Shown: positions 18,700-28,055 of the stretch, piece after piece
Layout of the letters: each line of letters starts with the position of its first letter
Numbering within the stretch: position 1 is the first letter of the stretch
Made by a program: the position numbers and the translations under genes
DNA from: Nitrospirota bacterium
Lineage (GTDB): Bacteria > Nitrospirota > Thermodesulfovibrionia > Thermodesulfovibrionales > Dissulfurispiraceae
DNA: 64,000 bases
Reading direction: 5' to 3'
Assembly: GCA_963710375.1 (NCBI GenBank)
Contig: CAVPZX010000003.1
Span: forward strand, 320,001 to 384,000
The notes under the pieces: model-generated
Databases searched by the model: none
The model's input: the letters and a program-made list of their open reading frames with translations, nothing else
Told to the model about the DNA's origin: nothing

Positions 18700-19554
18700 A
18701 TGATTACCGTAAAAGCACCTGCCAAAATTAACTGGTCCCTGTTTGTGCTGGATAAAAGAGATGACGGCTACCATAATATTCTCTCTTTGCTGCACTGTAT
18801 CGGGCTTTATGATATCCTCCAATTCGAACTTGCCGATACCCTGATCCTTGAATCAGATCTGGATATTCCATACGACCGGAACCTTGTCTATAAGGCGGCA
18901 TCCCTGCTGAAAAATCATTCAGGGACCGAGAAGGGGGCGAGAATTATACTCAGGAAGGAGATTCCTTCTGGGGCTGGGCTCGGCGGCGGCAGCAGCGATG
19001 CGGCATGCACGCTTATGGCGCTCAATAATCTCTGGGAACTGGACTTTGGCAAAACTGAACTTAAGGCCCTCGGGAGTGTCTTAGGCTCTGATGTCCCTTT
19101 CTTCTTTGAGGGTCCGCTGGCCGCAGCAGAAGGCCGGGGTGAGCAACTGACCAGTTTGCCGGTTGCCAGGTCCTATGTCCTTCTGCTGGTTAAAGCCGAT
19201 TGTTCCGTTTCCACCTCATGGGCTTATGGTGCTCTTAACAGGGAAGGGAAAGGCAAAATCGCAAAAATAGAGAATAAAAAAAATAATATTCAGTTAATAT
19301 ATCGCGCTCTTGCCTCGGGTGATATTTCTAGTATTGCAGGAAATGTGCATAATGATTTCGAAGATGCCGTCATACGGCACTATCCGGTAATAGGGGCTGT
19401 TAAAGAGCGGTTGTTAAAGAACGGTGCTGTTATGGCGCATATGAGCGGCAGTGGTTCAACCGTATTCGGTCTTTTTAATGATGAAAGCGGGGCGCTGAAG
19501 GCCTCGGGGAATTTTCAGTCATACTTCTGCAGGGTGGTAAAGACTTTGACGTAA
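18700..19554 (+). CDS. ispE: 4-diphosphocytidyl-2-C-methyl-D-erythritol kinase
   Basis: APAKINW, GYHNI, GAGLGGGSSDAA, GSDVPFF, MSGSGSTVFG; start MITVK at 18700. Confidence 0.97.
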   Translation: MITVKAPAKINWSLFVLDKRDDGYHNILSLLHCIGLYDILQFELADTLILESDLDIPYDRNLVYKAASLLKNHSGTEKGARIILRKEIPSGAGLGGGSSDAACTLMALNNLWELDFGKTELKALGSVLGSDVPFFFEGPLAAAEGRGEQLTSLPVARSYVLLLVKADCSVSTSWAYGALNREGKGKIAKIENKKNNIQLIYRALASGDISSIAGNVHNDFEDAVIRHYPVIGAVKERLLKNGAVMAHMSGSGSTVFGLFNDESGALKASGNFQSYFCRVVKTLT

Positions 19555-19580
19555 TCTGCAATTCAGACAGAACAGGGTAT

Positions 19581-20522
19581 TCACCACTTCCAGCGAATGA
19601 CCCTCAACCCGCTTTCCCGTTTATCAAGCCTGGTAATACCTTCTTCGCGGGCAGCCCTCAAAGCCTCATCATATTCATCGCGGGTTATGCTCCGGTCCAA
19701 AAGAGGGTATTTACCGGCATTGCCGCAAGACCGGTATTGGTCCATTATATTCACATATGTATTCGGAGATATGTCCCTGGCAATAAAACGCATGATATCT
19801 CTTGTCCCTGCTGCGCCTCCAGGCATTATAAGGTGTCGCAGCAGTACCCCCCTTAGCGCAATCCCGTTTTCATCCAGGGTGAGATCTCCGACCTGGCGAT
19901 GCATTTCTCTTATCGCTTCCCTGGCCCTCTCAGGATAGTCAGGGGCCTTCAGACAGATACGGGCCAACTCAGGGTCCCAGAATTTAAAATCAGGCATGTA
20001 GATATCAAATATCCCTTCCAGGAGTCTGAGGGTCTCAACGGAATCATATGCGCCTGTATTGTAGACCAGGGGCACATTCAGACCGCCTTCTACAGCATAG
20101 TTCAAAGCGTCCAGTATTTGAGGGACCACATGGGTTGGAGTGACAAAGTTTATGTTGTGGCATCCCTGCCCCTGAAGATCAAGCATCATCCGGGCAAGCG
20201 TTTCCGGGTGTACCGCGTTTCCAGAGCCCAAATGGCTGATTTCCCAGTTCTGGCAAAAAACGCACAGGAGATTACAGTTGGTCACAAATATGGTCCCTGA
20301 CCCGTTCGTCCCCACCAAGGGGTCCTCTTCACCGAAATGAGGACTATAACTTGAGACCATTGCCAACCGGCCTGTGCGGCAAACACCCTTTTCATCATTC
20401 ATTCTGTTGACTTCACACTCCCGCGGGCAGAGCCGGCAATTCTCCAGTATCTTGTATGCCTTCCCGAGACTGTCGGCAAGCTTTCCCGTTCGATGGGCCT
20501 CTATATAGGACGGTATAAACAT
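19581..20522 (-). CDS. PflX-like radical SAM protein
   Basis: CRLCPREC.VNR, HFGEE, GSGTIF, CNLLCVFCQN, NINFVTPTH, DIYMPDFK. Confidence 0.85.
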   Translation of the reverse strand: MFIPSYIEAHRTGKLADSLGKAYKILENCRLCPRECEVNRMNDEKGVCRTGRLAMVSSYSPHFGEEDPLVGTNGSGTIFVTNCNLLCVFCQNWEISHLGSGNAVHPETLARMMLDLQGQGCHNINFVTPTHVVPQILDALNYAVEGGLNVPLVYNTGAYDSVETLRLLEGIFDIYMPDFKFWDPELARICLKAPDYPERAREAIREMHRQVGDLTLDENGIALRGVLLRHLIMPGGAAGTRDIMRFIARDISPNTYVNIMDQYRSCGNAGKYPLLDRSITRDEYDEALRAAREEGITRLDKRESGLRVIRWKW

Positions 20523-20576
20523 AATTTCCCTTTAATACATTAAGTATATCACCTATGATTCCGGCAGATGAAGCAC

Positions 20577-20756
20577 GCCTTGTTAGTGGGCCGGTTCGTT
20601 TTTGCTCTGTATCACCTGGGTTATCAGTAGTGGGCGAGTAACGCCGAGCCCACATATATAGAAGTGGCGACGACAGAAAATGCCCAATATAGGCTAGTGA
20701 TTGAATTGAACGGATAATTGATACAGAGCAAAAACGAACCGGCCCACTAACAAGGC
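20577..20756. mobile_element. 180-bp element with perfect 38-bp terminal inverted repeats (family C)
   Basis: 20577-20614 is the exact reverse complement of 20719-20756. Confidence 0.7.
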
Positions 20757-20884
20757 CTTTTTTATATTGAGAATTAAGTGTCAGTGGTGGTAAAATATTT
20801 ATTCTTAGTGACTTACATAATATAATTATCTTTTCAGCAGGGAGTATTCGGAGTTTATTGTTATTAGGCTAAGTTATTGATTTC

Positions 20885-20956
20885 TGGGGCGTCAACAAGC
20901 GGCAAGTCAGCAGATTTTGGATCTGCCATTCCCAGGTTCGAATCCTGGCGCCCCAG
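20885..20956 (+). tRNA. tRNA-Gln (TTG)
   Basis: Acceptor TGGGGCG/CGCCCCA, anticodon stem GCAGA/TCTGC with TTG at 20917-20919, T arm CCAGG-TTCGAAT-CCTGG; usual position before prs; CCA not encoded. Confidence 0.92.
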
Positions 20957-21052
20957 TCCTTATGTAGCGATTTGTTTAGTATGCTAAAATAATGGTTCAT
21001 TTAAGCAGCCGGCATGCAGCAAGAGAAAAAAGAGCAGCATTAATTTTAGGGG

Positions 21053-22000
21053 GTGGAAATGCCAAACGGTATTAAACTGCTTACGGGAAATGCGAACAGA
21101 CCGCTGGCGGCCAGGGTAAGCGAACAGTGCGGTATCCCTTTGACCGACACCACAGTGAATACATTCAGCGATGGTGAAATAACTGTGCAAATTAACGAGA
21201 ACATCAGGGGGTCCGATGTTTTTGTTATCCAGCCCACCTGCTGCCATGTTAACCACAACATCATGGAGCTGCTTCTTATCATTGATGCGCTGAAAAGGGC
21301 ATCGGCGAGCAGGATAACTGCTGTGATGCCTTATTACGGCTATGCCAGACAGGACAGAAAAGTCCAGCCAAGGGTCCCGATTTCTTCCAAGTTGGTGGCT
21401 GACCTGCTTACTGCGGCAGGGACGAACAGGGTTATTACTATTGATCTGCATGCAGCTCAGATACAGGGTTTTTTCAATATTCCGGTTGACCACTTGTATG
21501 CCGCGCCTGTGTTGTATGATTACATAAAAAAAAGGAGATTTGACGATCTTGTCATTGTTTCTCCGGATGCCGGCGGTGTTGAGCGTGCGCGCTCTTTTGC
21601 CAAAAGGCTCGATGCTTCTCTCGCCATTATTGATAAGCGGCGCGAAGCAGCCAACGTCTCAAAGGTGATGAATGTAATCGGGAACGTGAAGGACCGCGAT
21701 GTTATTATCCTCGATGATATGATCGATACGGCAGGCACAATAACTCAGGCAGCCCAGGCACTCCAGGACAACGGAGCCAAAAAGGTGTGTGCTGCATGCT
21801 CCCATGGGGTATTGTCAGGTCCCGCAATAGACAGAATAAATAATTCTGTTCTTGAAGAACTGATTACTACAGACACGATTCCCCTCGAAGAGAAGACGAA
21901 GGTTTGCAAGAAGCTCACAGTATTAAATATTTCCAAACTTCTTGCTGAGGCAATAAAAAGAATACATGAGGAAACATCGGTCAGTTCGCTGTTCGATTAA
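21053..22000 (+). CDS. prs: Ribose-phosphate pyrophosphokinase
   Basis: FSDGEI, PYYGYARQDRK, DLHA.QIQGFF, VSPDAGGVERA, DDMIDTAGT. Confidence 0.98.
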   Translation: MEMPNGIKLLTGNANRPLAARVSEQCGIPLTDTTVNTFSDGEITVQINENIRGSDVFVIQPTCCHVNHNIMELLLIIDALKRASASRITAVMPYYGYARQDRKVQPRVPISSKLVADLLTAAGTNRVITIDLHAAQIQGFFNIPVDHLYAAPVLYDYIKKRRFDDLVIVSPDAGGVERARSFAKRLDASLAIIDKRREAANVSKVMNVIGNVKDRDVIILDDMIDTAGTITQAAQALQDNGAKKVCAACSHGVLSGPAIDRINNSVLEELITTDTIPLEEKTKVCKKLTVLNISKLLAEAIKRIHEETSVSSLFD

Positions 22001-22012
22001 AAATGATAATTA

Positions 22013-22071
22013 ACAATTATGAATTAGGAATTGGTGAGGAAAAAATACTTTTAATTCTTAATTCTTAATTT
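22013..22071. repeat. Short inverted pair of heptamer repeats (AATTANG / TAATTCT)
   Basis: aattatg aattagg aattggt ... taattct(t) taattct taatttc. Confidence 0.55.
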
Positions 22072-22090
22072 CGTTAGAAAAGGAGGATGC

Positions 22091-22741
22091 GTGGAAAAGG
22101 TCACATTAAATGTAGAAAAAAGAGGTAGACTAGGGAAAGGCGGAGCGCGCTCATTAAGAGCTGGAGGGTCTATACCTGCCGTGGTCTACAAGGGTGGAAA
22201 TTCGCTTTCTGTGCAGCTTTCAGGGAAAGAGCTTTCATACTTTATAAGTAAAACAGCCGGAGAGCAGGTCATTGTAAATCTCAATTTCCAGGGTGATACG
22301 AAACAGGCGATACTTAAGGAGTACCAGGTTGACCCGATAAGCGGGAAGCTGCTGCACGTGGACTTCCAGGAAATTTCTGCAACTGAATTGATTAAAGTTA
22401 TGGTCCATGTTGTTATCCAGGGTGAGGCCATCGGTGTCAAGAGAGACAAGGGAGTGCTTCAGCACGGACTCAGAGAAGTGGAAATAGAGTGCTTGCCCGA
22501 CAAAATACCCGGACACTTTGTCATCGATGTTAGTGAGCTTACTATCGGTCACGCGATCCATGTGAGGGACATAAAACCGGGAGAGGGCATTCGTATCATA
22601 ACAGAGCCCCATGAGGTGCTGGCTTCTGTCATAGGCATTAAAGAGGAAGTGGTCGCTCCTGAAGCGGTTGCAGTTGCCGAACCGGTCGAGCCTGAGGTCA
22701 TTAAGAGGGGCAAGAAGACCGAAGAGGAAGAGAAAAAATAG
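22091..22741 (+). CDS. rplY: 50S ribosomal protein L25/Ctc
   Basis: GKGGARSLR..G.IPAVVY, LHVDF; AGGAGG SD. Confidence 0.95.
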   Translation: MEKVTLNVEKRGRLGKGGARSLRAGGSIPAVVYKGGNSLSVQLSGKELSYFISKTAGEQVIVNLNFQGDTKQAILKEYQVDPISGKLLHVDFQEISATELIKVMVHVVIQGEAIGVKRDKGVLQHGLREVEIECLPDKIPGHFVIDVSELTIGHAIHVRDIKPGEGIRIITEPHEVLASVIGIKEEVVAPEAVAVAEPVEPEVIKRGKKTEEEEKK

Positions 22742-23332
22742 TTGTGGATTATCGCTGGTCTTGGCAATCCTGGAAACAAGTATGAAAAAACCCGGCATAA
22801 TGTCGGGTTTATGGTAATAGACAAGCTTGCGGATCAATACGGGATCGTTCTGGAAGAAAAGGGTTCTTATTGTCTGGGCAAGGGGTCGATTGAGGGACAA
22901 GCAGTAGTACTCCTGAAGCCACTTACGTTTATGAACAGAAGCGGCAGCGCAGTCTCAAAAGTACTTAAAAAGCTCAATACCTTTCCGGGATCACTAATAG
23001 TAGTGCATGATGACCTTGATCTCGATACCGCTGTTATAAAGCTTAAAAAGACCGGGGCCTCCGGAGGACATAAAGGCATCGAATCCATTATTCAGGAGAC
23101 CGGGACGAGGGATTTCTTCAGAGTGAAAGTGGGTATCGGGCGTAATCCCGATATCCCTGCCGATGTGTATGTCTTGAGTAATTTGAAACCATTTGAAAAA
23201 AGTATCATAAAAGATGCTATAATAAAAGCTGTGGATGCTGTTGCCGCGATAGTTACTGTGGGAATTGACAGAGCAATGACCAGGTATAACCGAGCACTGC
23301 GGGGACCTCAGATGCCCGGACAACAAGAATGA
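22742..23332 (+). CDS. pth: Peptidyl-tRNA hydrolase
   Basis: GLGNPG.KY..TRHNVGF, KPLTFMNRSG, HDDLD, GGHKG. Confidence 0.97.
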   Translation: MWIIAGLGNPGNKYEKTRHNVGFMVIDKLADQYGIVLEEKGSYCLGKGSIEGQAVVLLKPLTFMNRSGSAVSKVLKKLNTFPGSLIVVHDDLDLDTAVIKLKKTGASGGHKGIESIIQETGTRDFFRVKVGIGRNPDIPADVYVLSNLKPFEKSIIKDAIIKAVDAVAAIVTVGIDRAMTRYNRALRGPQMPGQQE

Positions 23333-24840
23333 ACATTGCTGCTAGCGCTTTATCCGAGCATGGCATTAAAGCCGATGTCATCATTATTCCCCTTTTCGAA
23401 GCAGTTAAGCCTGAACGCTATGCCGACATCGATGCTGCTATCGGCGGCCTTATCTCAAATGTTATAGCATCAAAAGAGTTCACCGGGAAACAAAACCAGC
23501 TTACACTCCTTCATGTTCAGCATATCCGTGCAGAAAGGATCCTTCTTGTCGGGATAGGGAAGGTTGCTGAAATCAGCTCTGAACGGCTGCGGCAGGCGGG
23601 CGGCAAGGCGTTCTCTTATATTAAAAATCTTGGTTTTCAGGAAATTGCAGTGTCGGTCAGATCCTTTGATGATACGGCCCGGGATTTGCCTAGCAGCCGT
23701 ACCGCTCGTTATAAACAGGTCGTATATTTTATAGAAGGTGGGCTCCTAGCCATTTACCAGTTTGAAAAATATAAAAAAGCTGAAAACAGCAAAAATATAA
23801 AGAGAATAACTATCCTTGACAATGATGGAACTCTTCCGTTGAAGCGCTTGCAGAGCGTTGTTTCCGCGGTCTATCTGGCCCGGGACCTTGTCAATACCCC
23901 TTCGAATGATTTGACTCCAATCCATATGAGCGAAAAAGCCAGGGATGTTGCCGGGAAAAAGGTAAAGGTCAGGATATTGGAGGAGAAAGAAATAAAGCGG
24001 GAGGGGATGGAGGCATACCTTTCGGTTTCACGAGGCTCAGTAGCTCCGCCCCGTTTTGTTGTTATGGAATACAAGGGCGGCAGAGGTGTTCCGGTGGTGC
24101 TTATAGGCAAGTCGATCACATTCGACAGCGGTGGAATCTCGATCAAGCCTGCAGAGGGGATGGAGAAGATGAAGTACGACATGGCTGGAGGCGCTGCAGT
24201 TATAGCAGTCATGAAGGCTGCCTCAGAACTGGCGTTGCCGCTTAATCTGACAGGTATATTGCCGGTTGCTGAGAACCTGCCCGGAAGTGCTGCATTCAAA
24301 CCCGGCGATGTTGTCAAAACAATGAATGGCAAAACAATAGAAATCATCAGTACTGATGCCGAAGGAAGGTTGACCCTTGCAGATGCTATATGTTATGCAA
24401 TAAAATACTATAAGCCGAAGGCGATCATTGATATTGCGACCCTAACCGGGGCCTGTTCCATTGCCCTGGGAAACGAGGCCATTGCGATGATGGGCACCGA
24501 TTCTGTTCTTATGGAAAACATGAAAGATGCGTCGGTTGAAACATCTGAGCGGGTATGGCAGATGCCTCTCTATGATGAATACAGGGAATATCTGAAAAGT
24601 GATATTGCCGATATGAAAAATGCTGGGGGACGGACCGGTTCGCTTATGGCTGCCGGATACTTCCTTAAGGAATTTGCAGGAGAAACTCCTTGGGTGCACC
24701 TTGACATTGCAGGCACTGCGTGGAATGAAAAGGATAAGCCTTATATTCCCAAAGGGTCGACAGGTGTTGGTGTAAGGTTGATAATCGATTTTTTAGATCA
24801 CCTGGGAACATCGCACCCCGCAAAGCACTCAGATGGGTAG
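23329..24840 (+). CDS. pepA: Leucyl aminopeptidase (M17)
   Basis: GKSITFDSGG, MKYDMAG, TDAEGRL.LAD, ATLTGA, WVHLDIAG. Confidence 0.95.
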   Translation: MNIAASALSEHGIKADVIIIPLFEAVKPERYADIDAAIGGLISNVIASKEFTGKQNQLTLLHVQHIRAERILLVGIGKVAEISSERLRQAGGKAFSYIKNLGFQEIAVSVRSFDDTARDLPSSRTARYKQVVYFIEGGLLAIYQFEKYKKAENSKNIKRITILDNDGTLPLKRLQSVVSAVYLARDLVNTPSNDLTPIHMSEKARDVAGKKVKVRILEEKEIKREGMEAYLSVSRGSVAPPRFVVMEYKGGRGVPVVLIGKSITFDSGGISIKPAEGMEKMKYDMAGGAAVIAVMKAASELALPLNLTGILPVAENLPGSAAFKPGDVVKTMNGKTIEIISTDAEGRLTLADAICYAIKYYKPKAIIDIATLTGACSIALGNEAIAMMGTDSVLMENMKDASVETSERVWQMPLYDEYREYLKSDIADMKNAGGRTGSLMAAGYFLKEFAGETPWVHLDIAGTAWNEKDKPYIPKGSTGVGVRLIIDFLDHLGTSHPAKHSDG

Positions 24841-24895
24841 CGTATTGAGTGCTCGGGTGGCCTGTACTTAAGTTTGTCACGGAGGAAATGAAGAT

Positions 24896-25585
24896 ATGCT
24901 TACACTGCTTTTTGTTATAGGTTTTATCCTGGTCCCTTCTTTTGCTTTTGCATGGGGTCCGCTCACCCACATGTATCTGGCTAATGAGCTTTACTCCTAT
25001 GCCCCTCTTGTTCCAGCAGGAATTTTCGCGATAATTAAAAAATACAAACAGGATTTTCTTTATGGCAACTTGATGGCAGACATTATTTTAGGGAAAAAAT
25101 ACCTGCCTGAAGACAAAAGCTCACACAGCTGGGAGGTTGCCCTCAATCTCCTGGAGCATGCCGAAAATGGTCCTGAGAAGGCTTTTGTTTATGGATACTT
25201 GAGCCATCTTGCTGCTGATACTGTTGCCCATGGTATATTGACAGATGATATGCTGAATATGGAGCATACATGGATCGAACTCAAAGCTGACAGTATGATC
25301 GACAAGGATTACTGGTTTCAGTCCGTGACCTTCAGCAAGGCGGTGCAGAGGAGAAATGACCGGTTCCTCGAAAGCTCTCTCGACAGTTTCGTTTTTTCAT
25401 TCAAGACCAACAAGCGAATATACAAAGGCATGGTGTTTTTGTCTTTTCTCATCCTGAAAAAAAAGAAAAGACGTGGAATCAACGAAAGTTATCTCTGCCA
25501 GCTTCATGACGAATCAATAGCCCGCATGATTGATTTGATCAAAAACGGCAGAGATTCTGCTGTTATCGATATCAGCCCGCTGTAA
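24896..25585 (+). CDS. Zinc-dependent phospholipase C-like protein
   Basis: Signal peptide then AWGPLTH; GYLSHLAADTVAH; H..IE. Confidence 0.75.
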   Translation: MLTLLFVIGFILVPSFAFAWGPLTHMYLANELYSYAPLVPAGIFAIIKKYKQDFLYGNLMADIILGKKYLPEDKSSHSWEVALNLLEHAENGPEKAFVYGYLSHLAADTVAHGILTDDMLNMEHTWIELKADSMIDKDYWFQSVTFSKAVQRRNDRFLESSLDSFVFSFKTNKRIYKGMVFLSFLILKKKKRRGINESYLCQLHDESIARMIDLIKNGRDSAVIDISPL

Positions 25586-25689
25586 GAACCGTGAAATGTG
25601 AAAGGTGAATCGTGAATAAAGGAAACATTATTATGACGTTTCACGCTACTATGACGTTTCACTTTTCACTTTTCACTTTTCACGGTTCT
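25585..25689. repeat. Inverted pair of heptamer tandem repeats (GTGAAAN / CTTTTCA)
   Basis: agaaccgtgaaatgtgaaaggtgaatcgtgaat ... tttcacttttcacttttcacttttcacggttct. Confidence 0.85.
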
Positions 25690-25690
25690 T

Positions 25691-26926
25691 ATGTTCGATA
25701 AGAACTACCTTTTGCCTGCGGATGCACTGGGGCGCATAATGGAAGGTCTGGCCTATAGCCTGCCGGCCTCTGAAATGCTGCCTATTGAGGAGTGTTACGG
25801 TAGAGTCATTGCCGCTGATATTGTCTCGCCTGAAGATCTTCCTGCATTTCCCCGTTCAACAGTTGACGGGTATGCTGTCCATGCAGAGGATACGTTTGGC
25901 TCAAAGGAGACCTCGCCTGCATATCTTAACCTGAAATATGAAGTGCTCATGGGTATTGCACCTGACTTTGAACTTAGTAAGGGATTTGCTGCAAAAATAC
26001 CAACGGGGGGAATGCTGCCGGCAGGGGCTGACGCGGTAGTGATGCTTGAGTATGTACAGTCGGCTTCGGAAAGTATGGTCGAAATTCTTAGGTCTGCAGC
26101 ACCAGGCGATAACGTCATCAGGCAGGGCGAAGACATAAAAAAAGGTGTAACAGTCCTTACTGCAGGGAAAATGCTCATGGCTCAGGATATAGGTGCTCTT
26201 GCCGGTATCGGCATTACCAGTATCGAGGTTTTTAAAAAACCCATAGTGTCATTCATATCCACCGGTGATGAGATTGTGACCGCGGAGAGTCCTCTGCGTA
26301 TCGGGCAGGTGAGGGACATCAATTCCTTTACCCTGGCAGGCCTTATAATGTCCCATGGCGGCATACTGGTTAAAAAGGGCATATTCAGGGATGATTATGA
26401 AGTTATAAAGAAAGCTGTCGAAGATTCTCTGAATGATTCTGATATGGTGCTGATAAGCGGAGGCACTTCAGCCGGTATTAAAGATATGACGGCAGCGATT
26501 ATCAATGATATAGGCAAGCCGGGTGTTCTCTTTCACGGCGTGTCCCTCAAGCCGGGAAAACCGATGATCGGAGGGGTGGTGAATGGTAAACCGGTGCTGG
26601 GACTCCCGGGACATCCTGCGGCAACCGTTGTCTGTTTTGATGTATTTATAAAGCCTATTCTGGATAAGTTGCGCGGCCTGGGCAATAAAAAGTATTATAT
26701 CAAGTCGATAAAAGCAAAGATGGCAAAGAGTATTGCATCTGCTGCAGGAAGGGAGGACCACATACGCGTTTATGTGGACGAAAAAGAAGGGACACAGTTC
26801 GCTTTCCCTGTATTAGGAAAATCGGGACTGATTACTACACTGGTGAAGGCCGATGGCGTAGTAGTGATTCCTCAAGCTAAATTAGGGCTTGATGCAGGGG
26901 AAGAGGTTACAGTCAGGTTATTTTAG
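25691..26926 (+). CDS. moeA: Molybdopterin molybdenumtransferase
   Basis: RSTVDGYAV, IPTGGMLP.GADAVVM.E, STGDE, SGGTSAG..D, KPGKP, LPGHP. Confidence 0.93.
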   Translation: MFDKNYLLPADALGRIMEGLAYSLPASEMLPIEECYGRVIAADIVSPEDLPAFPRSTVDGYAVHAEDTFGSKETSPAYLNLKYEVLMGIAPDFELSKGFAAKIPTGGMLPAGADAVVMLEYVQSASESMVEILRSAAPGDNVIRQGEDIKKGVTVLTAGKMLMAQDIGALAGIGITSIEVFKKPIVSFISTGDEIVTAESPLRIGQVRDINSFTLAGLIMSHGGILVKKGIFRDDYEVIKKAVEDSLNDSDMVLISGGTSAGIKDMTAAIINDIGKPGVLFHGVSLKPGKPMIGGVVNGKPVLGLPGHPAATVVCFDVFIKPILDKLRGLGNKKYYIKSIKAKMAKSIASAAGREDHIRVYVDEKEGTQFAFPVLGKSGLITTLVKADGVVVIPQAKLGLDAGEEVTVRLF

Positions 26927-26933
26927 GTACCAA

Positions 26934-27986
26934 ATGGAAAAGGCGATCAAAAATATTTTCACTCAAATAGGCCATCCTGTGAATCTCATGGAAGTATGCG
27001 GCACTCATACTGTGGCTATATTCAAACATGGCATTCGGAGCCTTTTGCCGGAAGGTCTTAAGCTGCTCAGCGGGCCGGGCTGTCCTGTGTGCGTAACGTC
27101 CATAAGGGACATAGACAAAGCTGTTGCTATCTCGAAGCATGATGATGTGATTTTCATGACTTTCGGTGATATGATGCGCGTGCCCGGCGGACAACAGTCT
27201 CTGGCTGAGGCAAAGGCGGAAGGAGCGGATGTCCGGATTGTGTATTCTCCTCTTGATTGCCTGGTAACAGCAAAAGAAAATGTTGATAAGAAAATAGTAT
27301 TCTTTTCCGCAGGCTTTGAAACTACCGCACCGTCCGAGGCTGCTACACTGTTCGAAGCTGAGCGGCAGGCTATCAAAAATTTCTATCTGCTATCGGTGAA
27401 CAAGCTTGTTCCCCCTGCGCTAGAAGTGCTTCTGAAGTCAGATGAGGTGAGAATAGATGGCTTTCTCATGCCGGGACATGTAAGTACAATTATTGGAAGC
27501 AGGGTCTACAATTCCATATCTGAGAAATATCGAAAGCCCTGTGTGATCACGGGTTTCGGAGCCAATGACATTCTTGGCGGTATTTTGATGCTGTTGAAGC
27601 AAATCGCTGAAGAAAGGGCATCTGTTGAGATTCAATATAAAAGTGTTGTTACCGAAGAAGGAAATAAAAAGGCTCTTGATTTCATTGCCGAATATTTCGA
27701 GCCCTGTGACAGCTATTGGAGGGGCATAGGGCTATTGCACGGCAGTGGATTAAAGCTGAAAGAGAAATGGCGCCACAGGGATGCAGAGGCGCTATTCGAC
27801 CTGAATATTCCCGATGTTCCCGAACCAAAAGGATGCCTTTGCGGGCTGGTCCTGCGTGGGGTGAAGATTCCGTCAGAATGCCCTCTCTTCGGCAAGGCAT
27901 GCACTCCCGAGAGGCCGGTCGGGGCCTGCATGGTAAGCACCGAGGGAAGCTGTGCAGCCTACTACAGGTTCGGCGCTACGCTGTAA
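26934..27986 (+). CDS. hypD: Hydrogenase maturation protein HypD
   Basis: MEVCGTHT, GPGCPVC, GFETT, PGHVS, GACMVSTEGSCAAYY. Confidence 0.96.
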   Translation: MEKAIKNIFTQIGHPVNLMEVCGTHTVAIFKHGIRSLLPEGLKLLSGPGCPVCVTSIRDIDKAVAISKHDDVIFMTFGDMMRVPGGQQSLAEAKAEGADVRIVYSPLDCLVTAKENVDKKIVFFSAGFETTAPSEAATLFEAERQAIKNFYLLSVNKLVPPALEVLLKSDEVRIDGFLMPGHVSTIIGSRVYNSISEKYRKPCVITGFGANDILGGILMLLKQIAEERASVEIQYKSVVTEEGNKKALDFIAEYFEPCDSYWRGIGLLHGSGLKLKEKWRHRDAEALFDLNIPDVPEPKGCLCGLVLRGVKIPSECPLFGKACTPERPVGACMVSTEGSCAAYYRFGATL

Positions 27987-28055
27987 CCAACAGAACGACT
28001 GAAATCGACTTCATCCATTTGCTCATAGAAATCATCGGGTTCTCTATGCTAGACT

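Noticed and set aside
20885..20956. tRNA-anchored prophage or integrative island
   Set aside because: No integrase, no duplicated tRNA 3' end noticed, and prs follows directly
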